Assembly: GCA_937931785.1 (NCBI GenBank)
Contig: CALHAX010000008.1
Location: 7,892-71,891 of the forward strand
From: an uncultured Hyphomicrobiaceae bacterium
Lineage (GTDB): Bacteria; Pseudomonadota; Alphaproteobacteria; Rhizobiales; CALHAX01
Reading direction: 5' to 3'
DNA: 64,000 bases
Of this stretch, positions 1 through 9,342 are shown piece by piece (positions within the stretch are counted from its first letter, which is position 1; every line of letters starts with the position of its first letter). The translations under genes and the position numbers were made by a program. The notes below the pieces were generated by a model that saw only the letters and a program-made list of their open reading frames with translations, searched no databases and was not told the DNA's origin.

Positions 1-1206
1 CTTCTCATGGCGCAGTCCGTTTTCGGTCGCCATCGCGATACCAACGTCACGTTCAGCCTCATCAACCGCTCTACTGACGTCCCGATGGCAGACCTGATTG
101 ACGAAGGAGAGTTGCGCGAACAGCTCGATCACATCCGGTCCTTGTCCCTGTCACGCGGCGAAAGCACCTGGTTGCGCGGCAACACATTCTACGGCAAGCG
201 CTGGGTGTTCCGGCCGGAGTTCATGACCTGGTTCGAGAATTTGCGCCTCCCTCCCTACCATCTTGAGCGCAAGGGCGATCAATACGAATTGAGTTTTGAA
301 GGCACGTGGCCGGAAGTCATGTTGTGGGAAGTGCCGGCACTTTCTGTCCTTATGGAACTGCGCAATCGCGCCGTATTGCGTGGGATGGGCAAGTTCGAAC
401 TCCAGGTGCTGTATGCCCGTGCCATGGCCAGGGTCTGGGAAAAAATAGAGGTGCTGCGGGAACTGGATAATCTGGCCATCGCCGACTTCGGAACGAGGCG
501 ACGTCACAGCTTCATGTGGCAGGACTGGTGCGTGCAGGCCATGATGGAAGGGCTCGGGCGCCGCTTTACCGGCACATCGAATTGCCTGATCGCAATGCGT
601 CGCGAGGTCGAGGCCATTGGCACCAACGCCCATGAACTACCCATGGTATATGCAGCCATGGCGGACACGGACGAGGAACTCGCCGCCTCACCCTACAAGG
701 TTCTTGAAGACTGGCAGAAAGACTATGATGGCAACCTGCTGATCATCCTGCCCGACACTTATTCCACGAAAACCTTCCTCGATCGCGCACCGGACTGGCT
801 TGCTGGCTGGACAGGCATGCGCATCGACAGTGGCGATCCGGTCGCCGGTGCCGACAGGGCGATCGACTGGTGGAAAGCCAACGGCGAAGATCCACGCGAG
901 AAGTTGATCATCTTCTCCGACGGGCTCGATGTCGAAGAAATCTCCAGGCTCCATGATGCCTACAAAGACCGGGCAAAAGTTGGCTTCGGTTGGGGCACCT
1001 TGTTGACCAATGACTTTCGCGGTCTTGAGGCCAGCGATCGCCTCGAACCCTTCTCCATGGTTTGCAAGGCGATCACGGCCGACGGCAAGCCCACCGTCAA
1101 GTTGTCAGACAATCCGAACAAGGCCATGGGTCCTGCGGAGGAAGTGGCACGCTACAAGCGTGTGTTCGACGTCGGTGACCAGACCGCTTCAGACGTTATT
1201 GTTTGA
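1..1206 (+). CDS. pncB: Nicotinate phosphoribosyltransferase (5' end probably lies before the window)
   Basis: Motifs DFGTRRRHS, GTNAHE, LPDTY, RIDSGDP, IFSDGL, GWGT, VKLSDN. The frame is open from base 1 (LLMAQ...), so the usual N-terminus is probably missing. Confidence 0.95.
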   Translation, partial: LLMAQSVFGRHRDTNVTFSLINRSTDVPMADLIDEGELREQLDHIRSLSLSRGESTWLRGNTFYGKRWVFRPEFMTWFENLRLPPYHLERKGDQYELSFEGTWPEVMLWEVPALSVLMELRNRAVLRGMGKFELQVLYARAMARVWEKIEVLRELDNLAIADFGTRRRHSFMWQDWCVQAMMEGLGRRFTGTSNCLIAMRREVEAIGTNAHELPMVYAAMADTDEELAASPYKVLEDWQKDYDGNLLIILPDTYSTKTFLDRAPDWLAGWTGMRIDSGDPVAGADRAIDWWKANGEDPREKLIIFSDGLDVEEISRLHDAYKDRAKVGFGWGTLLTNDFRGLEASDRLEPFSMVCKAITADGKPTVKLSDNPNKAMGPAEEVARYKRVFDVGDQTASDVIV

Positions 1207-1222
1207 AAACCGGGGTTGGCCT

Positions 1223-1948
1223 CTACCGCAGCGCCCAGGTTACGGTCACGCTGGCAGACAGCTCCTGTGTTCCCGCTTGCAATGGAACGCCACCAGCCTT
1301 TGCGCTGCGCATTTCCATCGCCACCGGACGTGGATTGAAATTCGCGTGCCCTTCCCGGATCATAAGAACTTCGCCAAGCCGGGCGTTGGCTTCACGGGCA
1401 AACAACTCGGCGCGGCGACGTGCATTCTCCATCGCCTTGGTCCGTGCTTCATCCCGCAAACGTTCCTCGCGACTGACCTGAAACTGGATGCCACCCACCT
1501 GATTTGCCCCGAGCTCGATAACTTCATCAAGCACCTCACCCAAAAGGGAAATATCCTTCACCTGGATACGGACAGAATTGTTGACCCGGTATCCGGTCAC
1601 AACCGGCGGTTTGGAGTTGTCGCGCGTCCGCTGGTATTCTGGCTGAACAGACAGATTGTCCGTTGCGATGTCACGCCCGCGAATACCAACTTCCTTCAGC
1701 CGCTTTATGACACGGCGCATGGCTTTCGAATTGTCGGCCAGCGCGTCTCGCGCCGTTTCCGCCGTTGTCTGCACGCCAGTCGAGATCAGAACCATATCAG
1801 GCACGGCACTGACAGAGCCTTCAGCAGTGACTGTGATGTGCCGTTGCGGCGTGGTTGCCTCAGGGTCTTGAGCCAATGCATCGGACATGGGCGAAACTCC
1901 AACAAGAATGGCAAGTGCGGCAACGGCGGCGAGACGTGCAGGGAACAT
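1223..1948 (-). CDS. SIMPL/DUF541 (BP26/YggE-like) periplasmic protein
   Basis: Signal peptide, ITVTAEGSVSAVPD, GYRVNNSV, GANQVGGIQF, C-terminal G(T)QELSASVTVTW. Confidence 0.9.
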   Translation of the reverse strand: MFPARLAAVAALAILVGVSPMSDALAQDPEATTPQRHITVTAEGSVSAVPDMVLISTGVQTTAETARDALADNSKAMRRVIKRLKEVGIRGRDIATDNLSVQPEYQRTRDNSKPPVVTGYRVNNSVRIQVKDISLLGEVLDEVIELGANQVGGIQFQVSREERLRDEARTKAMENARRRAELFAREANARLGEVLMIREGHANFNPRPVAMEMRSAKAGGVPLQAGTQELSASVTVTWALR

Positions 1949-2104
1949 GGGTGAACCTTCGCTGGATTTTGCGGAATGGGAAGATCATCAGCGCAGTTTA
2001 TACCGTTCCGATGTGGCAACGATAGGGTATGTATCAGCAATGTTAAAAGCGCTTTCAGATCAGGGGTGTTGTCTGCTAGAACCCGATCCGCTCTGGAGCA
2101 CAGT

Positions 2105-2181
2105 GGGCCTGTAGCTCAATTGGTTAGAGCCGACGGCTCATAACCGTCTGGTTGCAGGTTCGAGTCCTGCCGGGCCCACCA
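2105..2181 (+). tRNA. tRNA with CAT anticodon, most likely tRNA-Ile2 (lysidine-modified)
   Basis: Cloverleaf GGGCCTG...CGGGCCC-ACCA, anticodon arm GACGG-CTCATAA-CCGTC (CAT at 2139-2141), T-loop GTTCGAGTC, encoded CCA. Paired G1-C72 argues against initiator; C4-G69 and C5-G68 match the E. coli TilS determinants. Confidence 0.93.
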
Positions 2182-2338
2182 GAGGCGTTTCGCGTCGCGA
2201 AACGCCACAATTCAAGCAATTGAATGATTCCGCGACAGTCGCTTCGCAGAAGCGATGAGAGCGTCCGTTTTTTGAGGTTTTCCCCCAAAGGCTGGCAGAG
2301 GCGTTTCGCGTCGCGAAACGCCACAATTCAAGCAATTG
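2180..2338. repeat. Two identical 43-bp direct repeats (2180-2222, 2296-2338), each containing an 11-bp perfect inverted repeat
   Basis: CAGAGGCGTTTCGCGTCGCGAAACGCCACAATTCAAGCAATTG occurs twice, 116 bp apart. Internal palindrome GGCGTTTCGCG-T-CGCGAAACGCC. Confidence 0.95.
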
Positions 2339-2414
2339 TACGCTTTCGCAGCAGTCGCTGCAGGGAGCAGGATTTACGTTTGGAATTGGTTGAAACTGCT
2401 GGGTGTCCGAACGC

Positions 2415-2762
2415 TCAGAAAGACTTTGTGGTCCACCTTACGCGCCCGTCCTCAGCAAGATGCCGACGTGGAATCCAGCCGACCACACCATGCCACCGAA
2501 CACGGCACCATCCGTCGCGGCATGGACCGACACATCGAATGGTGCGGGCAGTCATGGGGAGTTCGTACACGTTGGTTCGTGATTGTGACGGACCGCTGCG
2601 CACCGTGACGGTCGTTTGCAGGCGATCCAGTTCAGTGAGCCGGTAGGATTGTCCCCCTTCATAGACGCAGCTTCCTGCAGCGTGGATTTGCGACGCATTC
2701 GGGGTGCTGACGACGAGTAGAGCAAACCCGAACGTCGCCAAACGGGACAAGGTATAGGCCAT
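2415..2762 (-). CDS. Secreted bacterial SH3-domain protein
   Basis: Signal peptide followed by VTVRSGPS...GWCRVRWHGVVGWI, a typical SH3b pattern. Confidence 0.8.
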   Translation of the reverse strand: MAYTLSRLATFGFALLVVSTPNASQIHAAGSCVYEGGQSYRLTELDRLQTTVTVRSGPSQSRTNVYELPMTARTIRCVGPCRDGWCRVRWHGVVGWIPRRHLAEDGRVRWTTKSF

Positions 2763-2808
2763 ATCGGTTCCTTAAAAATACACGCAAAGGTTGAATATGA
2801 CAAAGATA

Positions 2809-2824
2809 TTACTGCTCTATTAAC
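2809..2824. promoter_or_regulatory. Putative CtrA box (one mismatch) upstream of the SH3 gene
   Basis: TTAC-TGCTCTA-TTAAC versus consensus TTAA-N7-TTAAC. Confidence 0.45.
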
Positions 2825-2946
2825 TTTGAGAGCGGCAATCGGATCGACGCACATGCCTTGATCTTATCTCGTCTCCTTGAAGTGATCAGCGCAAACGCAC
2901 GCATATGCTAAAGCGTTGATATACGGGAAATGGAAAGGTCCTCGAT

Positions 2947-3600
2947 ATGCAGCAGCCAGCCAGACAACTCATCTATTTTGCAGATCCCATGTGTTCCTGG
3001 TGTTGGGGTTTTTCTCCAGTCATGGCACGTCTGCTGGGGGACTATGGCGATCGTCTCACGTTGCACATGGTGATGGGGGGGCTGCGCGCAGGAAACGAAG
3101 CTGTGATGGATGACGAGCAGAAAAGTTTCATCCGCAATCACTGGGAACACGTTGCAGAGCGTTCTGGCCAACCCTTCGACTGGGCGTTCTTTGAGCGCGA
3201 CGGATTTGTCTACGACACCGAACCAGCCTGCCGTGCCGTCGTTGTTGCACGCAACATGGATGCGCGTCTCGCCTACGCGATGATGCATGGCATTCAAAAG
3301 GCGTTTTACGCCGAGGGACGCGATGTAACATCAACCAAAGTATTAACAGAAGTCGCAGAAGTCGTTGGTCTGGATCGGCAAGCATTCCGCACGGCAATCG
3401 AAAGCGACGAGGCCCGCACATTCACCGCGCAGGATTTCACGACAACACAGCAAGTTGGTGTTCCCGGATTTCCAACGCTTTTACTCGGTGATGAGGGAGA
3501 ACAATTGACAGTTCTCGCCAACGGATACCAGGCGTACGACGGGATTGCAGCGCGATTGTCAGCAGAGCTGGATATGCAGTCACCACAGCACGCATCTTGA
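2947..3600 (+). CDS. DsbA-family (thioredoxin-fold) protein
   Basis: YFADPMCSWCWGF (CxxC) and GVPGFPTL cis-Pro loop. No signal peptide. Confidence 0.9.
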   Translation: MQQPARQLIYFADPMCSWCWGFSPVMARLLGDYGDRLTLHMVMGGLRAGNEAVMDDEQKSFIRNHWEHVAERSGQPFDWAFFERDGFVYDTEPACRAVVVARNMDARLAYAMMHGIQKAFYAEGRDVTSTKVLTEVAEVVGLDRQAFRTAIESDEARTFTAQDFTTTQQVGVPGFPTLLLGDEGEQLTVLANGYQAYDGIAARLSAELDMQSPQHAS

Positions 3601-3714
3601 CGCAGGTTCACGATAAAAACCCGTCAACTAGGTGTTCCACGCCGTGCGGACTGATGCGCGCCACGTTCCAGACATGTTACGCTATACAGTCCGCGCACAA
3701 CGTTCGGAGTTATC

Positions 3715-4926
3715 ATGCTCGACCTCGCCAGACATCAGCAGCTTCCTGAACAGCCACGTTATCAGGTTCTTGGGGGACCGATGACGTTGCGCTCGCGCAT
3801 GGGCGGCTGGCTTGAACATGTTGCAATACCGTACTGGTTGGCGCGCGGCATTGACCATCAGGCTGGCGGATTCCACGAATGCCTCAGCTTTTCGGGACAA
3901 TCGCTGCCTGTGAACAAGCGCCTGCGTACAGCGGCACGTCAGACGTTCTGTTTCGCAAGCGCGATCAGGTATGGGTGGGACGAGAGTGCTGAGTGTCACG
4001 CAGCCGTTGGGCATGGAATTGCCTTCCTCAATCGGCACGCCCGGCAATCGAACAATACATTTGCCAAGGAATTCACAAGCGACGGAAGAGTGATCAATCC
4101 CTCGCGGGATGCCTACGATTATGCATTTCTACTCTTCGCTGCCGCTGCCGCCGTGCGAGTTGGGAATCTTGAAGCCCGGCAACTTGGCGAAGACGTAATG
4201 CATCAACTGGAAGCGGATTTTTATCTCGGGTCAGGTTGTGGCTATCGTGAGGTTGCAGACAGCAAATCCGGTGTTGACGCCAATGGCGTGCGTCGCGCCA
4301 ATCCGCACATGCACATTCTCGAGGCGTTCACAGCCTGGCATCGTGCCACTGGTGACATGAATGCCCATACGCGGGCTGCAGATATCGTCGACATGTTCCT
4401 TGCGAAGATGTTTGATTCACAGACCGGTTCTCTGCGGGAGTTCATGGACGCGGACCTGCAACCTCTGCCGGACGCACGGGCCGACATCCGCGAACCCGGT
4501 CATGCTTTCGAGTGGGCATGGTTGCTGTACGATTTCGACAGATGCGGCGATGCTCGGGTGCAAGAGGTGATCAAGCGCTTGTGCACCTGGGCAGTGACCT
4601 TCGGTACCAATCCCGCAACCGGCCTGACACACCAACGGGTTACATACAGCGGTCGGGTTCTCGATGACACGTCGCGCAGTTGGCCACAAACAGAGGCAGT
4701 CCGCGCTATGCTGGCACTGGAACGGATTGGTCATCCGGACATCACCACGAACGCATCGGCGCGGCTGGATACACTCTTCCGGCATCATCTCGCTCCGGCT
4801 CCCGCCGGACTGTGGTTCGATCGCATCGCCGCCGACGGCACCGTTCTCAGCGAAAGTGTCCCTGCCAGTATCCTCTACCACCTCGTCAGCGTTTTCACGG
4901 CTTCACTCGACGTCGCGGATTTGTAA
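3715..4926 (+). CDS. AGE-family epimerase/isomerase (N-acylglucosamine 2-epimerase / mannose isomerase-like)
   Basis: Motifs AARQ, YDYAF, NPHMHILEA, EPGHAFEWAWLL, WPQTE, YH. GGAG RBS upstream. Confidence 0.88.
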   Translation: MLDLARHQQLPEQPRYQVLGGPMTLRSRMGGWLEHVAIPYWLARGIDHQAGGFHECLSFSGQSLPVNKRLRTAARQTFCFASAIRYGWDESAECHAAVGHGIAFLNRHARQSNNTFAKEFTSDGRVINPSRDAYDYAFLLFAAAAAVRVGNLEARQLGEDVMHQLEADFYLGSGCGYREVADSKSGVDANGVRRANPHMHILEAFTAWHRATGDMNAHTRAADIVDMFLAKMFDSQTGSLREFMDADLQPLPDARADIREPGHAFEWAWLLYDFDRCGDARVQEVIKRLCTWAVTFGTNPATGLTHQRVTYSGRVLDDTSRSWPQTEAVRAMLALERIGHPDITTNASARLDTLFRHHLAPAPAGLWFDRIAADGTVLSESVPASILYHLVSVFTASLDVADL

Positions 4927-4976
4927 GGCGAGCCTGATGAACCCCTCAGAGGCAGTGGCACTATCTGCATTCGGGC

Positions 4977-5795
4977 TCAATAGCCTCGATCCCCCTCACG
5001 TTGATGCGTAAAGAGTCCCGGAGCGATTGCAATTTTCCAGGGTTGTTCACGCCACCAACGGCTGTTCAACTCGATCTCGATGTTCTTGAATCCGTTGACG
5101 CGACGCGTTGTGTCCGCGCGCTCAACATGGTCCATCAGCGTATCGAGAAAAAAATCGCGCCGGGTCACAAAGGACTGGTTGGTCCAGGCCTTGTTGAAGG
5201 GCGACATGAGCCAGAATCCGCTCGGGTCATGGCGTTCAATTTCCGGGAACAGATGTTCCGGCTGATCTGATGCATAGGGTGCGGTGCCGATCAGGCGGGC
5301 CCGCTTGTCCGGGCGGAATGCGCGCAGTGCCATGGCAAATAATCGCGCGCTGGCGTTTGCGTCATCTGCTGGAAAGAACTTGCGGTACTTCTCGAGAGTC
5401 GCAAAGTCATCGCCGGGCTGCTTTGTATGGCGGAGGAAAACAACCTTTGCGGTGTCTGTTTCCACAACGTCGAACGCGGCGTTCAGTTGCCGTTCCGCTT
5501 CATGCGAAGGCTCGATCATCCGCAGGTCGTTTTCCAGCAACAGGATTGTGTCGCTTGACATGCCGCGGCCCAGCGCCTGGAAGCCGCCGAAAATACCGAG
5601 GTTGGTCGGTGAACCATCGCACGTGAACCCGTGCTCGGTCGCGATCTCACGTCCCTCGTCGTCGATTTCAGGAAAGAAAATAAAACGCTCGTTGAAGTGT
5701 TCTGTAACGCCGCTCTCGATCAGGCGGGCCAGCATGGGGCGCAGACTGTCGTAGCCCTTCCACGACAGAATTCCGAGCCCGCGCGACGTTGTCAC
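4977..5795 (-). CDS. Putative glycosyltransferase-like protein
   Basis: NLGIFGGF and ILLLEND (DxD-like) suggest a GT-A fold. The GTG start at 5795 overlaps the upstream TGA (GTGA coupling). Confidence 0.6.
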   Translation of the reverse strand: MTTSRGLGILSWKGYDSLRPMLARLIESGVTEHFNERFIFFPEIDDEGREIATEHGFTCDGSPTNLGIFGGFQALGRGMSSDTILLLENDLRMIEPSHEAERQLNAAFDVVETDTAKVVFLRHTKQPGDDFATLEKYRKFFPADDANASARLFAMALRAFRPDKRARLIGTAPYASDQPEHLFPEIERHDPSGFWLMSPFNKAWTNQSFVTRRDFFLDTLMDHVERADTTRRVNGFKNIEIELNSRWWREQPWKIAIAPGLFTHQREGDRGY

Positions 5796-6523
5796 CGCCA
5801 GTTCTCCATGATCCACGGTGTTGGGCGGACATGCTTGTAGAGTTTTTTCCATCCGGCGCTGACGGGCCACGCACCGATGGCTGCTTCATCCGGATCCGGC
5901 TTCCCCGTGAACGCGACGGAGATCACATCTTCCGGCAACTTCGGCGTCACGAAGAAATTCATCGGCCACGAGGGGATCAGGTCGTGCTTGAAACTGACGC
6001 ACCATTCGCGCGGCCAGAACCGCTGTGCTGCGATATCGCCGGAAATGTACTGCTGCTCGATGTCATACTGTGCAAGTACCCCCTCCGGATCTTCATTGAA
6101 CCGGGTAAAAATGTTCGGGTATTTCCCAACCGGCATACGGAAGATCGACGTGTTGCCAATTTCCTGGCCACGCTGCGTGAAATTCTCGACCACGCAATAG
6201 TGTCCGGGCTCGTAGTCGAAGAATGGGTCGATCGATCCCGTGATCACCATATCGAGGTCGAAGAACAGCACGTCACCGGAAAGATGTTCCAGATCATCGC
6301 GCCAGATTGCAATCTTGCGCCAGCCGGTGATTGCGACGCGCTCCGGAATATTGATATCCGGAATTGGCGCTGTGATCACATCCGCATCAATACCAACCGG
6401 ATCGTCGGTGTAGCAGATCAGTTGCGTTGGGCGCGCGGTGTGCCGCTGGATCATTGACCACAAACGGTTCACGAAGTCTGACGGATAGCGTGTGCCCCAC
6501 TTCATGCAAACAATAGTCTGCAT
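5792..6523 (-). CDS. Glycosyltransferase (GT-A fold, 'CMKWG' type)
   Basis: IVCMKWGTRY, ICYTDD, WRKI, LFFDLDMVI (DxD), GNTSIFR, EQ, FTGKPDP. Confidence 0.8.
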   Translation of the reverse strand: MQTIVCMKWGTRYPSDFVNRLWSMIQRHTARPTQLICYTDDPVGIDADVITAPIPDINIPERVAITGWRKIAIWRDDLEHLSGDVLFFDLDMVITGSIDPFFDYEPGHYCVVENFTQRGQEIGNTSIFRMPVGKYPNIFTRFNEDPEGVLAQYDIEQQYISGDIAAQRFWPREWCVSFKHDLIPSWPMNFFVTPKLPEDVISVAFTGKPDPDEAAIGAWPVSAGWKKLYKHVRPTPWIMENWR

Positions 6524-6670
6524 CTGCTGCTCCCTTTCCCGCAAGTGCTGAACGCATGCGCGTGCTGCCGCCGCTTTGTGGTCTGATCAGGGCGATCTTG
6601 CAAGCGCGATCAATCGTGCACTCAAGGCACCTGTGGGTGAAGCAATGCACTGAGAATGCAGGCAATCCGG

Positions 6671-6940
6671 TTAGTGAAGATGGAACGCACCGTCCACGAT
6701 CCGCAGTTCCGCTGGTTCGATCAGCTTGCGATGGGCCACGCGTACCGTGTGCAGGGGTCCATCCAGCTTCTCGACCCAGAAATCGAGAAATTGTCGCAGG
6801 TTCGGGAAGCGCGGGTGAATATCGTAGTCCTGCCACACGAAGGTCTGCAACAGGCCCGGGTGGTCCGGCATGTGATAGAGGATTTCTGCCGTCGTCAGGC
6901 TGTATCCTTTGAGTGTTTTCTTGAAAGTCTGGTCTGTCAT
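6671..6940 (-). CDS. usg: Usg-family protein
   Basis: GYSLTTAEILYHMPDHP.LLQTFVWQDYD..P.FP.L..FLDFW...LDGPLH signature. Confidence 0.92.
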   Translation of the reverse strand: MTDQTFKKTLKGYSLTTAEILYHMPDHPGLLQTFVWQDYDIHPRFPNLRQFLDFWVEKLDGPLHTVRVAHRKLIEPAELRIVDGAFHLH

Positions 6941-7022
6941 GCAATCACCTTTTTCAATGAGTGACGCGTACGCGTTTCATAATAGATGATTCACGCAATA
7001 AATCATGTTTAAAATCAGTCAG

Positions 7023-7049
7023 TTAGCACTGATCCAAGGAGGCTGCTGC
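7023..7049. promoter_or_regulatory. Degenerate CIRCE-like element upstream of usg
   Basis: TTAGCACTG-N9-GGCTGCTGC versus TTAGCACTC-N9-GAGTGCTAA. One arm matches 8/9, the other 5/9. Confidence 0.35.
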
Positions 7050-7082
7050 TATAGAACCACGGTCATGATCCGGGGTACGGTT

Positions 7083-8321
7083 TCAGTTGCCATGTGACAT
7101 GCCATCAAGCTTTGCGAGCAAAGCCTCGCGCGTGAGTTTGAAATCGCTTGCGAGCCAGACTGTCTCAAGCGCACGCAGTGTTTTCCCGATCATCGGGCCT
7201 GCGGAATACCCGCGCAGTAACAGGTCATGCCCCGCAATCGGGAACGACGGAATCTCCCAGTTGCGAGACGTGAGCAGCACCCGTTCAGCGGCATCTGTTG
7301 GCTCCTCTTGCATCGCCCTAAGAAGGGCCACATCCAGAACCGTTTGAGATCCCATTCGATACAGTGCCGCACGGATGGAACGATCATCGGACAAGCAAGT
7401 CTGATGAGCTTCAGTCCATTTTGTAAGCCTGTCGCGATCGGTATTTGCAAGGCGAAGGCGAACCGCGAGCTGCTCGGCATCAAGTCTCGTAAATACGCCA
7501 AGAGCGAGCAGGCGCCGCACGGCGTCTGGCGCCAGTTCCAGCATGCGCTCAAGCTCGATCAGGGCGTGGCAGCGGGCAACATCGCCGTCACGGTCAAGCA
7601 CACGAGCCAACACGCCAGACGTCGCCATGGCCGACAAGATCGCGGGTGCATGCGCGCCAACAAGTGTTTTCAGGATCTCGTTGCAGATGCGTTCCGCAGA
7701 AATCTGTTGCAGACCGGCTTGTTCCGTACGGACGGCGTCATGTCCGACCTCATCCAGTGCACCATCACCAAAAACCGCTGAAAACCGGTAGAATCGCAGG
7801 ATCCGCAGGTAATCTTCACGAATACGCGCGACCGGGTCCCCGATGAACCGAACCCGTTGCGCGGTCACATCGCCGTATCCATCAAGGGGATCATAAATCG
7901 TTCCATCCGCATCGCAATACAGAGCGTTGATCGTGAAGTCGCGACGGGAAGCGTCTGTAACCCAATCGGTCGTGAAGGCCACAGATGCGTGGCGACCGTC
8001 CGTCGCAACATCCTTGCGCAAGGTCGTGACCTCGAACGCTGTTCCGCTCGAGATAACCGTCACAGTCCCGTGCTGAAGCCCTGTCTCATGGACGGAAAGC
8101 CCGGCAGCGAGAGCCAGTCGCATCACATCTTCAGGGTGTGCATTTGTTGCGAGATCAATGTCGGCAACCGGCCGGCCCATCAGTGTATTGCGGACGGCTC
8201 CACCAACCGCACGTGCTCGAAATCCACCTGCCGTGATTGCAGTGAACACAGCTTGCGTGGTCGGTAATTGCAGCCACTCTGCTTGGCCAATGTGTGTCGG
8301 GGACACGTCATTCACCTGCAT
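7083..8321 (-). CDS. cca: CCA tRNA nucleotidyltransferase / poly(A) polymerase family
   Basis: VGGAVRN...DIDLAT, EVTTLR, RRDFTINAL, EDYLRILR. Confidence 0.92.
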   Translation of the reverse strand: MQVNDVSPTHIGQAEWLQLPTTQAVFTAITAGGFRARAVGGAVRNTLMGRPVADIDLATNAHPEDVMRLALAAGLSVHETGLQHGTVTVISSGTAFEVTTLRKDVATDGRHASVAFTTDWVTDASRRDFTINALYCDADGTIYDPLDGYGDVTAQRVRFIGDPVARIREDYLRILRFYRFSAVFGDGALDEVGHDAVRTEQAGLQQISAERICNEILKTLVGAHAPAILSAMATSGVLARVLDRDGDVARCHALIELERMLELAPDAVRRLLALGVFTRLDAEQLAVRLRLANTDRDRLTKWTEAHQTCLSDDRSIRAALYRMGSQTVLDVALLRAMQEEPTDAAERVLLTSRNWEIPSFPIAGHDLLLRGYSAGPMIGKTLRALETVWLASDFKLTREALLAKLDGMSHGN

Positions 8322-8365
8322 GACGGTGCGAACCGCAGTGCGTCAAGCCTGCGCGCCAGGGCATG

Positions 8366-8656
8366 TCAGTCCACATAGCCGGGTTGCAGTTTCCCGTCCT
8401 TGACGGTCGGCGGGTGATAGGTCCCCCCGGGGGGGCCAGCAGGGCTTGAGGTTAGCGCGAGATAGACCAGGGTTCCGAGCACCAGAAGGGTGCCGATACC
8501 CGTCATCCATCCAATAGGTGGGTTGGTCCAGGCGCTTTTCCGTGTGGCACCTCCGGCAACCGGCGGCGAGAGAAAATCCATCACTGTCGCGTAGATTGCG
8601 AACAGTACGAACGGCAAGAGAAACAGCAGGGCAGACGTAACGAAAACTCGGATCAT
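8366..8656 (-). CDS. Small membrane protein (DUF6111-like)
   Basis: Two hydrophobic helices and C-terminal YHPP..KDGKLQPG. Usual position between nudix and cca. Confidence 0.75.
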   Translation of the reverse strand: MIRVFVTSALLFLLPFVLFAIYATVMDFLSPPVAGGATRKSAWTNPPIGWMTGIGTLLVLGTLVYLALTSSPAGPPGGTYHPPTVKDGKLQPGYVD

Positions 8657-9342
8657 GATGGAAACAATTTCTCCTGCAAGTTACGTAGAATTCCAGCAGT
8701 TGCACCCCAGATATAGCGGTTACGCCACGGCATGGCGTAATAATGTCGTGTGGCCCCGTTCCATTCTGTCGAGTGGCGTTGATGGTTGCTTGGGTCCATC
8801 AGAAACGCAAGGGGCACTTCGAAGGCTTCATCAACTTCCGACGGATCGATCCGCAGTTCATGCTGTGGCTGAACCATGGCGACAACCGGCAGGATACGAA
8901 ACCCGCTTCCTGTTTGATAGCTGTCGAGATAGCCGAGTGGTTCCACAAACGAGCGGGCAAGGCCGACTTCTTCTTCGGCTTCACGCAACGCGGCCTCAAG
9001 AGGTCCGTTGTCACTGTGCTCCACCTTGCCGCCCGGAAAAGCGATTTGACCAGCGTGCGTGGGAAGATGGGCTGCACGCAAGGTGAGCAGAGCCTGCAGG
9101 CCCTCGCGACGGGGCACGATGGGGACGAGAACGGCTGCTGCGCGAGGTGTTTTGTGGAGGTCGGAAAGATCATTGTCGGCGTTCAGATCGTGATCTCCAC
9201 GAGCCGGTGTTTGGTTGGCATCGAATGTCTGGCGATCGGCGACGTTGGCAAGTCGCGCGCGTGCGCGCAGCTCGAATATCTCGGGCACAAGACCATTCCG
9301 GTGATCCACAGTTGGAACTGTGTCAGGCATGTCAGCAGGCAT
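8653..9342 (-). CDS. CoA pyrophosphatase (Nudix, NudL-like)
   Basis: AAVLVP, LLTLRA.HL..HAGQIAFPGG, Nudix box ALREAEEEVG, IWGATA. Confidence 0.92.
   Translation of the reverse strand: MPADMPDTVPTVDHRNGLVPEIFELRARARLANVADRQTFDANQTPARGDHDLNADNDLSDLHKTPRAAAVLVPIVPRREGLQALLTLRAAHLPTHAGQIAFPGGKVEHSDNGPLEAALREAEEEVGLARSFVEPLGYLDSYQTGSGFRILPVVAMVQPQHELRIDPSEVDEAFEVPLAFLMDPSNHQRHSTEWNGATRHYYAMPWRNRYIWGATAGILRNLQEKLFPS

Noticed and set aside
2180-2338. 43-bp palindromic repeats as a CRISPR array
   Set aside because: Only two copies, a 73-nt structured spacer, and no cas genes or AT-rich leader in the window.
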